Shown: positions 42,812-54,717 of the stretch, in pieces
Numbering within the stretch: the stretch's first letter is position 1
Layout: each line of letters starts with the position of its first letter
NCBI GenBank assembly: GCA_963788375.1
Contig: CAWBGT010000017.1
Location: forward strand, 247,452-311,451
Direction of reading: 5' to 3'
Source of the DNA: an uncultured Chloroflexia bacterium
Lineage (GTDB): Bacteria > Chloroflexota > Limnocylindria > Limnocylindrales > CSP1-4
DNA: 64,000 nt
The notes under the pieces: generated by a model
Seen by the model: only the letters and a program-made list of their open reading frames with translations
Databases searched by the model: none
Told to the model about the DNA's origin: nothing
Position numbers and translations under genes: made by a program

Positions 42812-44553
42812 ACCCGTTGCGGCGGCGCCACGTCACCGACCATGCGCGCGCCCGTGATCTCGCGGCGCTGCGCCTCGACGAGCCGCTGGAGACGGTCGAC
42901 GCGACATGGCTTGACGCCCACCTGGCCGGGTGTGCGGATTGTGCGGCTGCCGCGACGGCCTACGACGCCGGCCACCGCGCCTTCGCATCCCTCCGCGAGA
43001 CACCACCGCTGCCCCCGCGGGACCTGTGGGCTCGCACGGCGGCGTCGCTCGACGCACAGCCCGGTGCCCGTGCCCGGACCGGTGGTCCGAGGCGTGCGGC
43101 GGGCCGCCAGACGGCCGTGCTGGCCCCGCTCGCCGGACTGGCCGTGATCGCCGTCGTGCTTGGCTCCGGCCTGCTCAACGGGGCCACGCTCGCACCGCCG
43201 TCCGTGAGCCCGGTCGGAGCGGCGTCCACGCCCATCGCCATGTCCGCCCGCGACGTGTCGGTGCTGAGCATTGGTGCGGACGGCGCCCTCGAGATCCAGA
43301 CGCGTCGCCTGGACGAGGTCTGCCCCATGGCAGCGGGTGACTGCCGGGTGGAGCCCTCGTTCGAGGTGACCCAGGTCGCCGGGATCGGTGGATCGGACAG
43401 CCTTGACGCGATCATCTCTCCGACGCGCGACAGCCTGGTCCTGGTCCAGCGCAGTGCGTCCGGTTCCGACGGCGTGTTCGTCGTCCCCGTCAGGCGGGCC
43501 ACGCCGGATTCGTCCCCCGAGGCCCCGTCGCCCCCGGTCAGTGCCGGGCCCGCCACGCCCAAACCCACCAAGAGCCCGGCCGCGACCGAGACGGCCGCCG
43601 CCACCCCGACGGATCCGGCGTCGAGCCCCGAGGCCACGCCCACCGGGACGCCGTCCGACGAGCCAACGGCCGAGCCCACGGCACCGGCCGCCACGGAGGA
43701 GCCCACCCCGGAGCCCACGGCCGAGCCCACGGCCGAGGCCACGGAATCGCCGGTCGTGGCCGTGACGCCGGCTCCGGACGGCGCGCTCGAGATCGCCAGC
43801 GACGTGATCGTCGTGGGGAGCGTCTCCGGCTACAACGCCGACGGCAGCCGGTTCGCGTTCACCGCCCGCCCCGCCGACGGGTCGGCCGGGCCCGATGTCT
43901 ACGTCTGGAACACGGACGACGCCGTGGCGCGCGCGGTCACCACCGACCACCAGTCCGTGCTTGCCGGGTGGGACGGACGGCACCTGCTGGTCAGCCGGCT
44001 CGTGGATGGTGAACCGCGGACGTACACGATGAACGCGAAGTCCGGCGAGATCCTGGCCGAGCACGGTCGGGCGGCATGGCTGCCGACCGTCGCTCCCGCG
44101 GGTGACCGCGCCGCCTGGTGGGACGGGTCGGTGCGGCTCGCCGGCGATGGGGTCACGCTGGTGCCCGACAAGGGGCGGCTCGTGGTGGGGACGTGGCCGG
44201 ATCCCGCCGGCGAGGAGCAGGTGCTCGCCAAGGGCAGCATCGCCGACTGGCAGGTGCGCTGGGCGCCGGACGGGTCCGCCGTCGCCGTGTGGACCGGCGG
44301 CAAGCGCTCGTCGGACACCGGGGTGCTCGACCTCTACGCCGTGGATCCCAAGACCGGCCGCGTCCTGCTCGACACCCCGCTGCTCGATGGTGCGGCGGCG
44401 TTCGAGGGCTTCTCGCTCGACACCGGCCGGCTGGCCTGGTCGAACCCCGGCAACGGTGGCGACCGGACCGTCCATGTCCTTGCCTGGGAGGGCGACACGG
44501 TGCTCGGCGGCATGGAGCTCCCGGGCGAGGCCGGGGCGACCGTCGTCCGCTGA
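42808..44553 (+). CDS. Anti-sigma factor (zf-HC2) with one TM helix, a Pro/Thr/Glu/Ala-rich linker and a large extracytoplasmic domain
   Basis: HLAGCADCAAAATAY. TM helix VLAPLAGLAVIAVVLGSGLL. Linker PTKSPAATETAAATPTDPASSPEATPTGTPSDEPTAEPTAPAATEEPTPEPTAEPTAEATESP. GTG overlaps the sigma gene stop. Confidence 0.85.
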   Translation: MNPLRRRHVTDHARARDLAALRLDEPLETVDATWLDAHLAGCADCAAAATAYDAGHRAFASLRETPPLPPRDLWARTAASLDAQPGARARTGGPRRAAGRQTAVLAPLAGLAVIAVVLGSGLLNGATLAPPSVSPVGAASTPIAMSARDVSVLSIGADGALEIQTRRLDEVCPMAAGDCRVEPSFEVTQVAGIGGSDSLDAIISPTRDSLVLVQRSASGSDGVFVVPVRRATPDSSPEAPSPPVSAGPATPKPTKSPAATETAAATPTDPASSPEATPTGTPSDEPTAEPTAPAATEEPTPEPTAEPTAEATESPVVAVTPAPDGALEIASDVIVVGSVSGYNADGSRFAFTARPADGSAGPDVYVWNTDDAVARAVTTDHQSVLAGWDGRHLLVSRLVDGEPRTYTMNAKSGEILAEHGRAAWLPTVAPAGDRAAWWDGSVRLAGDGVTLVPDKGRLVVGTWPDPAGEEQVLAKGSIADWQVRWAPDGSAVAVWTGGKRSSDTGVLDLYAVDPKTGRVLLDTPLLDGAAAFEGFSLDTGRLAWSNPGNGGDRTVHVLAWEGDTVLGGMELPGEAGATVVR

Positions 44554-44694
44554 CCAGCGTCGACCCCTGATCCGGTAGGGCACCCTGCGCGGTTCCGCCA
44601 GGCGCACCGGCACCCCGTCGTCACCCGAAGGGACAGGCACCGGGCCCAGCCCGCAACCCCCGGGATCCGGCCAATAGGGTATGTTCCCTATGTA

Positions 44695-47007
<2,313 letters not shown>

Positions 47008-47011
<4 letters not shown>

Positions 47012-48402
47012 GCGAGATCGCGGATGGCCTGGTCCTGCGGGGCTGGGCGGTGGATCCCTCGGGCGGTCGCGAGGGGGCGGCCGAGGTCGCCGTGCGCGAT
47101 GGCGTGCTGGAGCGGGTGACCTGGCTGTCGGGCGCGGATGCGGACGGCCTGGGACGTGACGGGGTGCTCATCCTGCCCGGCCTGGTGGACCTGCACGCGC
47201 ACTTCCGCGAGCCCGGCAACGAGGACGCCGAGACGGTGGCCACGGGCCAGGCCGCAGCTGCCCACGGTGGCTTCACGACCGTGGCCGTGATGCCCAACAC
47301 GACCCCGGCGGTCGATGAGCCGAGCGTGGTGGCGCTGGTGCGGGCGGCAGCCTCCGCCTCCGGCTCCCCGGTGCGGTTGCTGGTCCACGGAGCCGTCACC
47401 GCGGGCCGCAAGGGCGAGACCCTGGCGGCGATGGGCGAGCTGGCCGACGCCGGCGTCGCGGGGTTCTCCGACGACGGGGCGCCGGTCCACTCGGCCTCGC
47501 TGCTGCGCAACGCGCTCCTGTATGCGGGCTCGCTGGGGCTCCCGGTCATCGATCACCCCGAGGATCCGGCGCTCACGGCGGGCGCGGAAGCCTCCGAGGG
47601 CTATGTAGCGAGCGTGCTCGGCCTGCGCGGCTGGCCGGTTGCCGGTGAGGCCGGCGCTGTTGCCCGGGCGATTGCGATCCTCGCCGACGTTGTTGCCGAC
47701 GTGCCGGGCGCCCGCCTCCACCTGACGCACGTGTCCACGGCAGCGTCGCTGGCCCATGTCCGGGCCGCGAAGGCCGCCGGGCTGCCGGTGACCTGCGACG
47801 TCACCCCGCACCACCTCGCCTTCACCGACGAGTGGATCGCCGGATCGCGGCGCTGGGCCTGGGAGGCGCTGGACAAGGACGGCCAGGCGCGGGACCCGTG
47901 GGTGGACGGGTCGCTGGTGGCGGCGCCGTTCGACACCTCGCTGCGGGTGAACCCGCCTCTGCGGTCCGCGACCGATGCCGCGGCCTGCATGCGCGCGCTC
48001 GGGGACGGCACGGCGGACGCGGTCGCCACCGATCACGCGCCGCACACCGAGGTGGACAAGCACGTCGAGTTCGGGTGGGCGATCAACGGCATCAGCGGGA
48101 TCGAGACTGCCCTGCCGATCGTGCTGGCGGCGGTCGATGCAGGCCTGCTGCCGCTGGCACGCGCGGTGGAGGTGTTGACCACCGGGCCGGCTCGGATCCT
48201 CGGGGAGCGGCTGGGGATGGCGCCGGGGCTTCGCGAGGGTGAGGCTGCCGACCTCGTCGTCGTGGACAGGGGGGCGAGCTGGACCGTCACCCCGGAGGCG
48301 CTGCGCTCGAAGGGCAAGAACTCGCCGCTGCTTGGGCGCGAGCTCCGGGGCGTCGTCCGCCTGACGCTCGCCGCCGGTCGCGTCGCCTACTCGGCGGACT
48401 GA
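47008..48402 (+). CDS. pyrC: Dihydroorotase
   Basis: PGLVDLHAHFREPG, VATDHAPH and LSRV-type fold motifs. GTGA overlap with pyrB. Confidence 0.92.
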
Positions 48403-48406
48403 GCGC

Positions 48407-49399
48407 TCAGCCACCCGCCCCCGCGGCCAGCCGGCCGGCTCCGAGGACCCGGAGATCACGTTCGGCCAGCAGCATCCAGCGCACGTTGCGGGCCATTCCC
48501 GGGCCGCGCGCTCCGTCCAGGATGCGGACGTACCACACGGGTTCGGACGGAGGGCCGGTTTGGGCGACCGTCGCGGCCGCCGGGTCGAGGGCCGCCACCG
48601 CATCCGGCCAGACGAGGACGGCCTGCAGCGGCAGGTCCGCCGCATCGAGGAAGGCGAACGGGTTCGGCCGCCGCTCGCCGGTGTCCAGCCGGGTCTCGAC
48701 GAGGGGCGTGAGGCCGACGCGCACGCCATCGATCCAGGCGAAGCGCTCAACGATGAACAGCGCGTCACAGGGGCTGGTCGGCGTGCTGCAGTCGGGAATG
48801 CCCCGTCCAAACCGGCCGACCACCAGGACCCGGGCGCCCCCGTCGGCGATGAGACCGGTCGGCGTCGCGATGGAGGCCGGCAGCCGTACCCCGATCGGGA
48901 TGGACAGGTGGACGTGCGGAGCCACGACACCGGCCGGGGCGGCGAGCGTGGCCCACGGTCGGTCGCCAAGGGTTCCCTCCCGCTCGCACCACGGTCCGAG
49001 CGGCCCGTGCGCCTCATCGATGCAGGTGCCGTCGGCCTGCCCGTCGATCCGGAGGAATCCGGTCAACGCGAGGGCCCGCGCCGTGCCGACCTCGCCGCGG
49101 ATCTCCTGGAGCTCACTTGGGGTCATCGTGCGCAGGTCGCCGAACTGGGCCGGTGGCTCGGGCGGGATGTCGGCGATGTCGACCGGTGGCGCGGAGGCGG
49201 CCGGTGACGCAATGGCGGGAGCCGTCCGGGACGGGGCCGTCGTGGGCGGGGGCCGCGGGATCCGGTCGCCTGGCCGGGACCCCAGCAAGCCGACGCCCAC
49301 GACCGCCACGAGCAGGGCCACGGGGACGATGAGGGCAGCCCGTCGCAGCGTGCGGCGCACCGGCGATCGGGAGTTGGTGGGAGTCGGCTCGATGATCAT
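48407..49399 (-). CDS. Hypothetical membrane-anchored extracytoplasmic protein
   Basis: N-terminal TM helix AALIVPVALLVAVVGVGLLG, a Pro/Ala-rich linker, then a ~250-aa unrecognised domain. Confidence 0.65.
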   Translation of the reverse strand: MIIEPTPTNSRSPVRRTLRRAALIVPVALLVAVVGVGLLGSRPGDRIPRPPPTTAPSRTAPAIASPAASAPPVDIADIPPEPPAQFGDLRTMTPSELQEIRGEVGTARALALTGFLRIDGQADGTCIDEAHGPLGPWCEREGTLGDRPWATLAAPAGVVAPHVHLSIPIGVRLPASIATPTGLIADGGARVLVVGRFGRGIPDCSTPTSPCDALFIVERFAWIDGVRVGLTPLVETRLDTGERRPNPFAFLDAADLPLQAVLVWPDAVAALDPAAATVAQTGPPSEPVWYVRILDGARGPGMARNVRWMLLAERDLRVLGAGRLAAGAGG

Positions 49400-49455
49400 C
49401 GCTACCCGACTCTACGACCGTTCTGGTCTGGCGGCTGTGGACAGGCAGGGATGGA

Positions 49456-49836
49456 CTAGACCAGTGGGGGCGGCGTTGATGGTCCACCGGGGGGTCGGCC
49501 GACCCGGCAGCTGAAGCAGGCGTCTCGATCGCCGGCGTTCGTCGCGCCGCACTCGGCGCATTGCCACCATGCGCTGGTGTCGGTCGCGTGCGGCAGCGCG
49601 GCGGCCTCCCGGCGGAGGCGGTAGGCGACGATCGCGGCGGCGATCAGGCCGCCCACGACCACGACCAGGACCAGCAGCATGGGCAGCACAAGGTCACCCG
49701 ACGGATCCACGGGGATCCCGAACTCGTTGACCTGCGGCGTCGGATCAGCGGCTGAGACGGGGCTCGTGACTGCCGCGCCAGCGGCCAGCGCCATCAGCCA
49801 GGCGACGAGCGGCCCCGGCCCTCGGACACGAGGCAT
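49456..49836 (-). CDS. Small bitopic protein: signal peptide, TM helix and a cytoplasmic zinc-ribbon-like tail
   Basis: MPRVRGPGPLVAWLMALAAGAAVTSPVSA ... LVLPMLLVLVVVVGGLIAAAIVAY ... WWQCAECGATNAGDRDACFSC. Confidence 0.6.
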   Translation of the reverse strand: MPRVRGPGPLVAWLMALAAGAAVTSPVSAADPTPQVNEFGIPVDPSGDLVLPMLLVLVVVVGGLIAAAIVAYRLRREAAALPHATDTSAWWQCAECGATNAGDRDACFSCRVGRPPGGPSTPPPLV

Positions 49837-49841
49837 GGACG

Positions 49842-51446
49842 TCAGGCCTCCACGGCGCGCCCGGCGATCCGGCGCAGGTCGGCGAGGATCATGTCGATGT
49901 CGGCCTCCGTGGTGAGGTAGTTCACCACCCCGGCGCGGAGGAACGCGGAGCCGGCCAGGGTCGTGGTCGAGAGCCATCCGTTCCCGGACGCCTCGAGGGC
50001 CGCGGCGAGGCGGTCCTGGTGGGCGTCGAGGGCGGCTGGGTCCATCGTGCGGGCCGCCGCCGCGCCACCCGGGAGGTGCCGGAAGCACACGACGGACAGC
50101 TCCGGGTCCGCCGGGACAGCCTCGAGATCGTCCGCATCGGCACAGCGTGCGGCGAGGTAGGCGGCGATGTCGTCGTTCATCTCCACGAGCCGCCCGAGGC
50201 CGCTGGTGCCCAGATGCTTCCAGCTTGCCCACAGCTTGAGGGCGCGGAAGCGGCGGGTCCCCTCGAACCCCATCTTGTAGAAGTTGAGCTGCCCGGCGTG
50301 GGCGTCCTGGTGGCCCGCGTCGCCCTCGCCCGGAGGATCGGCGGCCGGGTCGGCGGCCGGGGTCTCGCCACCCCGGTAGTACTCCGGCGACCGGTCGAAG
50401 GTCTGGCGGAGGTGGTCACCGTCGCGCACAAGGAGCGCGCCGAGGTCATACGCCTGGAAGAACCACTTGTGCGGGTCCACCGTGACGCTGTCCGCCAGCT
50501 CGAGCCCGGGGACACGGGCGGCGTCCCTGGCGGAGAGCCGGGCCGCGCCGCCGTACGCGGCATCGACGTGGAACCACAGGCCCTCGCGGGCGGCCAGGGC
50601 GGCAAGATCCGGGACGAGGTCCACCGATCCCGTGTTGGTCGAGCCGGCAACTGCGCAGATCGCGACCGGCGTCAGGCCCAGCCGCCGATCCCGGGCGATC
50701 GCCTCCGCCACCGGCCCGGCGTGGAGACGGTAGCGGTCGTCGGCGGGGAGGACGACCAGCGTCTCAGGCGGGAATCCCAGCTCGTCGAGCGCGCGGGCAA
50801 TGGAGAAGTGGGTCTGGTCACCGGTGTACATGCGGACGGCTTCCAGGCCGGCACCCCTGGGTGGCCGCGACCCGCTGCGCAATCGCCGCAGGTGGACATC
50901 GCGGACGAGGGCCATCGCGATGAAGTTGGCCATCACGCCGCCCGACGTGCACAGGCCGAAGCTGCCCTCGCCGTAGCCCACGAGGTCGCACAGCCAGCGT
51001 ACGACCTCCTCCTCCACAAACGCGCCGACCGGGCCCGCGTGCCAGACGTCGATGCCCTGGTTGGTCCACTGGGCAAGCACCTCACCGGCGATGGACGCGA
51101 CCAGGGGCGGGGGCGTGAAGTACGACAGCGCTCGGGGGTGGTAGCTGTTGAGGGTGTGGGGGGCGATGCGGGACGTGAACTCGTCGAGGACCTGCTGGAG
51201 TGGCCTCGGGCCCCGGGGGGCCTCGCCGGGTCCACCGGCGGCCCCGAAGTAGAGGTCGCGCAGGTCCTGGTAGCCCGTGGGCGTGCCCATCGCGCGCTCC
51301 ATCGCCTCGCCGTACAGCCAGTCCAGCGAGGCGCGCCAGGTTGCCTCGCCCACGCGTTCGAGGGCGGCCCGGGACGCGGAGGCGTCGCGGATGCCGATGA
51401 GCTCCGGCTCCGGGTGCCAGCGGAACGGCGCGAGGGGATCGTCCAT
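49842..51446 (-). CDS. Group II pyridoxal-phosphate-dependent (amino-acid) decarboxylase
   Basis: TSGGVMANFIAM, HVDAAYGG and PLP-lysine motif SVTVDPHKWFFQ. Start at MDDPLAPFRWHPEPE. Confidence 0.88.
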   Translation of the reverse strand: MDDPLAPFRWHPEPELIGIRDASASRAALERVGEATWRASLDWLYGEAMERAMGTPTGYQDLRDLYFGAAGGPGEAPRGPRPLQQVLDEFTSRIAPHTLNSYHPRALSYFTPPPLVASIAGEVLAQWTNQGIDVWHAGPVGAFVEEEVVRWLCDLVGYGEGSFGLCTSGGVMANFIAMALVRDVHLRRLRSGSRPPRGAGLEAVRMYTGDQTHFSIARALDELGFPPETLVVLPADDRYRLHAGPVAEAIARDRRLGLTPVAICAVAGSTNTGSVDLVPDLAALAAREGLWFHVDAAYGGAARLSARDAARVPGLELADSVTVDPHKWFFQAYDLGALLVRDGDHLRQTFDRSPEYYRGGETPAADPAADPPGEGDAGHQDAHAGQLNFYKMGFEGTRRFRALKLWASWKHLGTSGLGRLVEMNDDIAAYLAARCADADDLEAVPADPELSVVCFRHLPGGAAAARTMDPAALDAHQDRLAAALEASGNGWLSTTTLAGSAFLRAGVVNYLTTEADIDMILADLRRIAGRAVEA

Positions 51447-51480
51447 CGCCGCGAATGGTAGGCCGTCGGAGGTGCTGGGT

Positions 51481-51516
51481 GCGGGGCCCCGATGCGAGAT
51501 GCGGGGCCCCGATGCG
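51481..51516. repeat. Direct repeat gcggggccccgatgcg x2 (20-bp period)
   Basis: 51481-51496 and 51501-51516. Confidence 0.9.
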
Positions 51517-51572
51517 GGGTGCCGGGAATTGGTGGCGGACTCGCGCCACACCAGGCGCCACGCGCCGCCGAC

Positions 51573-51716
51573 CTGCCCGCGCGGACGCGCGGACGCGCCG
51601 CTCAGCGGACCAACCATCGGGTGCGCTGCCGTTCGCGGCGACGCTGCCCGCGCGGACACCGCGCGGACGCGCGGCGCGCCCAGCGGACCAACCATCGGGT
51701 GCGCTGCCGCTTCGCC
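51573..51716. repeat. Imperfect ~70-78-bp direct repeat x2 with a 29-nt perfect core
   Basis: cagcggaccaaccatcgggtgcgctgccg occurs at 51603-51631 and 51681-51709. Each copy is preceded by ctgcccgcgcggac...gcgcggacgcgc. Confidence 0.9.
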
Positions 51717-51871
51717 CGCCTCGCGGCACACTCGTCGGGCACGGGCCGTCGGCGATCCGACACGCCTGCCGTGGAGCGGCGCAAACGAAGTGGCGCCCGA
51801 CCGTTCAGCCGCTGAGCGGCCGAGACCGGCGCACGAGGAGCCCGGAACTGCGGCGTGACCCGGTCAACCAC

Positions 51872-52501
51872 GTGACGCCGACCGGCGCTACAGTTGGAGG
51901 CGTGACCTCCCCGGAACGACCCCCCTCGGTTCGCCCTGTCGACTACAAAGGCGAGCCCCTCGACGCCGAGCGTGGCCCGGGGCTGGGCTGTTTCCGGTTC
52001 CAGGTCGTCGTCCTGGCGGTGCTGCTCGTGCTGACGCCGCTGACCGTGGCCTGGAACTGGCCGTCCGAGGTCAGCATCGCGCTGCTGTTCATCAGCCTGC
52101 TCCTGCTGCTGTTCACCGGCCAGACGATCATCTTCCTGCTGCGACTGGTCGCAGCCGACCGCCGCGACGGTCGCCGCGTACCCCTCGCCGGCTCGACGCC
52201 GACGGTCGGGGAGCTCGAGGACGCGGAGGAGCCCGCGGAGGGGACGCACGAGGCTTCGGGCGCCGAAACGGGTCCGTATGCCGGTGCTGGCGCCGCAACG
52301 GGTCCGGCCGGCGCTGGCGCCGCAACGGGTCCGGCCCCTGGCGCCGCAACGGGTCCGTATGCCGGTGCTGGCGCCGCAACGGGTCCGACCCCTGGCGCCG
52401 CAACGGGTCCGGCCGCGGCTGCCGACGCGGCGCCCGGGGCCCCGGTGGCAGGTCCGGTAGCCGGAGACCAGCAGCCGGGTGACCCGGGCGTGCGAGAATA
52501 G
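51872..52501 (+). CDS. Hypothetical two-TM membrane protein with a C-terminal GAATGP-type repeat tail
   Basis: FRFQVVVLAVLLVLTPLTVAW and VSIALLFISLLLLLFTGQTIIFLL, then GPYAGAGAATGPAGAGAATGPAPGAATGPYAGAGAATGPTPGAATGP (DNA repeats at 52268-52412). The start is uncertain (GTG 51872 or 51902). Confidence 0.55.
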   Translation: MTPTGATVGGVTSPERPPSVRPVDYKGEPLDAERGPGLGCFRFQVVVLAVLLVLTPLTVAWNWPSEVSIALLFISLLLLLFTGQTIIFLLRLVAADRRDGRRVPLAGSTPTVGELEDAEEPAEGTHEASGAETGPYAGAGAATGPAGAGAATGPAPGAATGPYAGAGAATGPTPGAATGPAAAADAAPGAPVAGPVAGDQQPGDPGVRE

Positions 52502-52541
52502 CCGGGATCTGACACCAGGATCCAGGGAGACTACTCGTCAC

Positions 52542-52868
52542 GTGCCCGTCCTAGCGACCTTCTTCTCCGTCCGGCGTGGCCGGGACCCCTTCTTCAAGTT
52601 CTTCATGAAGACGATCTTCCCGCGCCAGTTGAAGGAGTACGAGGACAAGTTCGGCATCAAGTTCGTGGGCTGGTACAACGTTGCCCACGGCTGGGACTTC
52701 GACAACGTGATCATGCTCGACCTGCCGGACTACGGCACCCTCGACAGGCTCGAGGCGGACGAGGCCACCCGTGCCCTGGGGCACAGGGCGGGTGAATGGA
52801 TCTTCGAACGACATCACTCGATGTTTCTCCGGGAACGGCTCGGGCCGGATCTCGAGTACCACGGCTGA
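52542..52868 (+). CDS. Small hypothetical protein (108 aa)
   Basis: VPVLATFFSVRRGRDPFFKFFMKTIFPRQLKEYEDKFGIKFVGWYNVAHGWDFDNVIMLDLPDYGTLDRLEAD. Locally lower GC and a normal amino-acid composition. Confidence 0.65.
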   Translation: MPVLATFFSVRRGRDPFFKFFMKTIFPRQLKEYEDKFGIKFVGWYNVAHGWDFDNVIMLDLPDYGTLDRLEADEATRALGHRAGEWIFERHHSMFLRERLGPDLEYHG

Positions 52869-52881
52869 AGGAGGCGATCGC

Positions 52882-53823
52882 ATGGACGTGAGCCGCAACT
52901 CGATGCTCGGGGAGCTCGCCGGCGACGCCGCCAGCGAACGGAACGACTTCGTCGTGCAGGCGACGGAGCAGCTGGCCAGGTTCCTTGACCGCAACCGGGA
53001 CCGGATCGGCCAGCTCGGCGGCCTGACGCTCATCGACGACGATCCCGACTACCTCTCGGTCGCGCCCGACTGCACGTTCCGCGTCCGCAGCCGCTTCGAG
53101 GACCCGGACACGGGTGAGTGGGTCTCCGAGACGGAGGTCGTCGAGACGGCCTCGGAGCTGGTGGAGCTCTACAACCCGGCCGAGGTGTTCGCCGCCTTCG
53201 CGGAGGCATCGCGCGAGGCAGCCGGCATGGGTGCCGAGCCGACCGCGACCGATGAGCTGCTGGCCACCGCCGGGGTCTCCCCCGAGGAGACGTTCGGGCT
53301 CAGCGAGGACGAGGCATACATCGGTGCCGCCGACGAGTGGGCCGCGGGCCAGCCCGTCGTGGCCGAGGCCGACGACGACGAGTCCGCTGCGGCCGCGATG
53401 TACAACCTGGCCCTCGACTTCCAGGAGCGGAGCCAGGCGAACGAGGCGCGCATCATCGGCCAGTTCGAGGACGCGGTGGCGCGCCTGTCCGGCACGCTCG
53501 GCGACCTGATCATCGTGGACGACGACGACGAGCGCCTGGTGCTGGGCGTCACGGGCCGCTTCCGCGCGGAGGTCCTGCCCGAGGAGGCCGAGAACGGCGA
53601 GTGGCGCTCGCTGACGGAGCCCGAGGACATCGTCGAGTTCTACGATCCCACGGACATCTTCGGCGACCTCGCAGATGCCCTGGCCGAGGCCTTCCCCGCG
53701 GTCGCCCCGGACGTCGAGGGCGAAGAGGGTGAGGATGACGGCGAGGACGTCGAGGACGAAGACGAGGTCCAGCCGGATGCCGAGCCGGGGATGGCGCCCC
53801 CCGAGGACGAGCCGCACCCTTAG
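52882..53823 (+). CDS. Highly acidic hypothetical protein with an internal domain duplication
   Basis: GAAGGAGG lies 7 nt upstream of the ATG. Repeat 1 is FRVRSRFEDPDTGEWVSETEVVETASELVELYNPAEVFAAFAEA. Repeat 2 is FRAEVLPEEAENGEWRSLTEPEDIVEFYDPTDIFGDLADALAEA. The tail is Asp/Glu-rich. Confidence 0.75.
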   Translation: MDVSRNSMLGELAGDAASERNDFVVQATEQLARFLDRNRDRIGQLGGLTLIDDDPDYLSVAPDCTFRVRSRFEDPDTGEWVSETEVVETASELVELYNPAEVFAAFAEASREAAGMGAEPTATDELLATAGVSPEETFGLSEDEAYIGAADEWAAGQPVVAEADDDESAAAAMYNLALDFQERSQANEARIIGQFEDAVARLSGTLGDLIIVDDDDERLVLGVTGRFRAEVLPEEAENGEWRSLTEPEDIVEFYDPTDIFGDLADALAEAFPAVAPDVEGEEGEDDGEDVEDEDEVQPDAEPGMAPPEDEPHP

Positions 53824-53856
53824 CCAACCGCCGCCCGGCGAGGGCCGCCTGCCTCC

Positions 53857-54717
53857 ATGCGCCTGACCGGAGCTGAGCTCGTCGAGAGCCGGGAGATCCT
53901 GGCCGGCACGTGGCTGCAGGCGTGGCACGCCCCCACGATCGTGCCGGGTGTGCGTGCCGGGCAGTATGTCCATGTCCGTACGGTTGAGGCAGGTGGCCTG
54001 CCCCTGCGCCGACCCTATCCGATCGCGACGGCCGACCCGGCCAGCGGGATCCTGTCGATCCAGGTGACCGGCGCATCGCCCGCGACGGGCGCCTGGGCAC
54101 GGGCCCTGCGCACCGGGGACCGGGCCGACATCGCGGGTCCGCTCGGCCGGCCATTCGAGGTGGACGCGCGGTCCCGGCATCTGCTGCTGGTGGCGGAGGG
54201 CCCGTCCATCGCCTCACTCCGCCTGCTGATGGACGAGGCGATCCGGAGCGCCCGCTCCGTGGTGCTGCTGTTCGGGGCCGCCACCGCATCTCAGGTCTAC
54301 CCGTCGAGGCTGCTCCCGGACGAGGTCGAGTACGTGGTCGCCACGCGCGACGGGTCGCTCGGCCAGCGCGGTTCCGTGGCGGACCTGTTCCTCGACTACG
54401 AGGCCTGGGCGGACGAGGCGTTCGCGGCCGGGCCGCCAGACCTGCTCGGATCGCTGGTCCGCCTCGCGGGCGGGCGCCGCCAGCGGATGGGTGTCGCCAC
54501 GCTTGGCCGGAAGCGCGGCGCCGGGCGGTCGCCGGCGCCGGGTTCCCCGGAGGCAAGGCGCAAGGCGTTTCTCCAGGTGGCCATCGACCAGTCCGTGGCC
54601 TGCGCCGCGGGCACCTGCCTCGGGTGTGCCGTGACGGGCGCCTCGGGCGTGCCGCAGCGGGTGTGCCGGGAGGGTCCCGTCTTCGCCTCGGACGAGCTGG
54701 ACTGGGGCGTGGAGTGA
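53857..54717 (+). CDS. pyrK: Dihydroorotate dehydrogenase (class 1B) electron-transfer subunit
   Basis: RPYPIA (FAD-binding RxYS-like) and the C-terminal 2Fe-2S cysteines CAAGTCLGCAV...VCREGPVF. Confidence 0.85.
   Translation: MRLTGAELVESREILAGTWLQAWHAPTIVPGVRAGQYVHVRTVEAGGLPLRRPYPIATADPASGILSIQVTGASPATGAWARALRTGDRADIAGPLGRPFEVDARSRHLLLVAEGPSIASLRLLMDEAIRSARSVVLLFGAATASQVYPSRLLPDEVEYVVATRDGSLGQRGSVADLFLDYEAWADEAFAAGPPDLLGSLVRLAGGRRQRMGVATLGRKRGAGRSPAPGSPEARRKAFLQVAIDQSVACAAGTCLGCAVTGASGVPQRVCREGPVFASDELDWGVE

Noticed and set aside
48400-48409. Perfect 10-bp palindrome TGAGCGCTCA between pyrC and the next gene.
   Set aside because: It is simply two convergent stop codons (TGA and TCA) separated by GCGC. 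It is too short to be a terminator or a binding site on this evidence.
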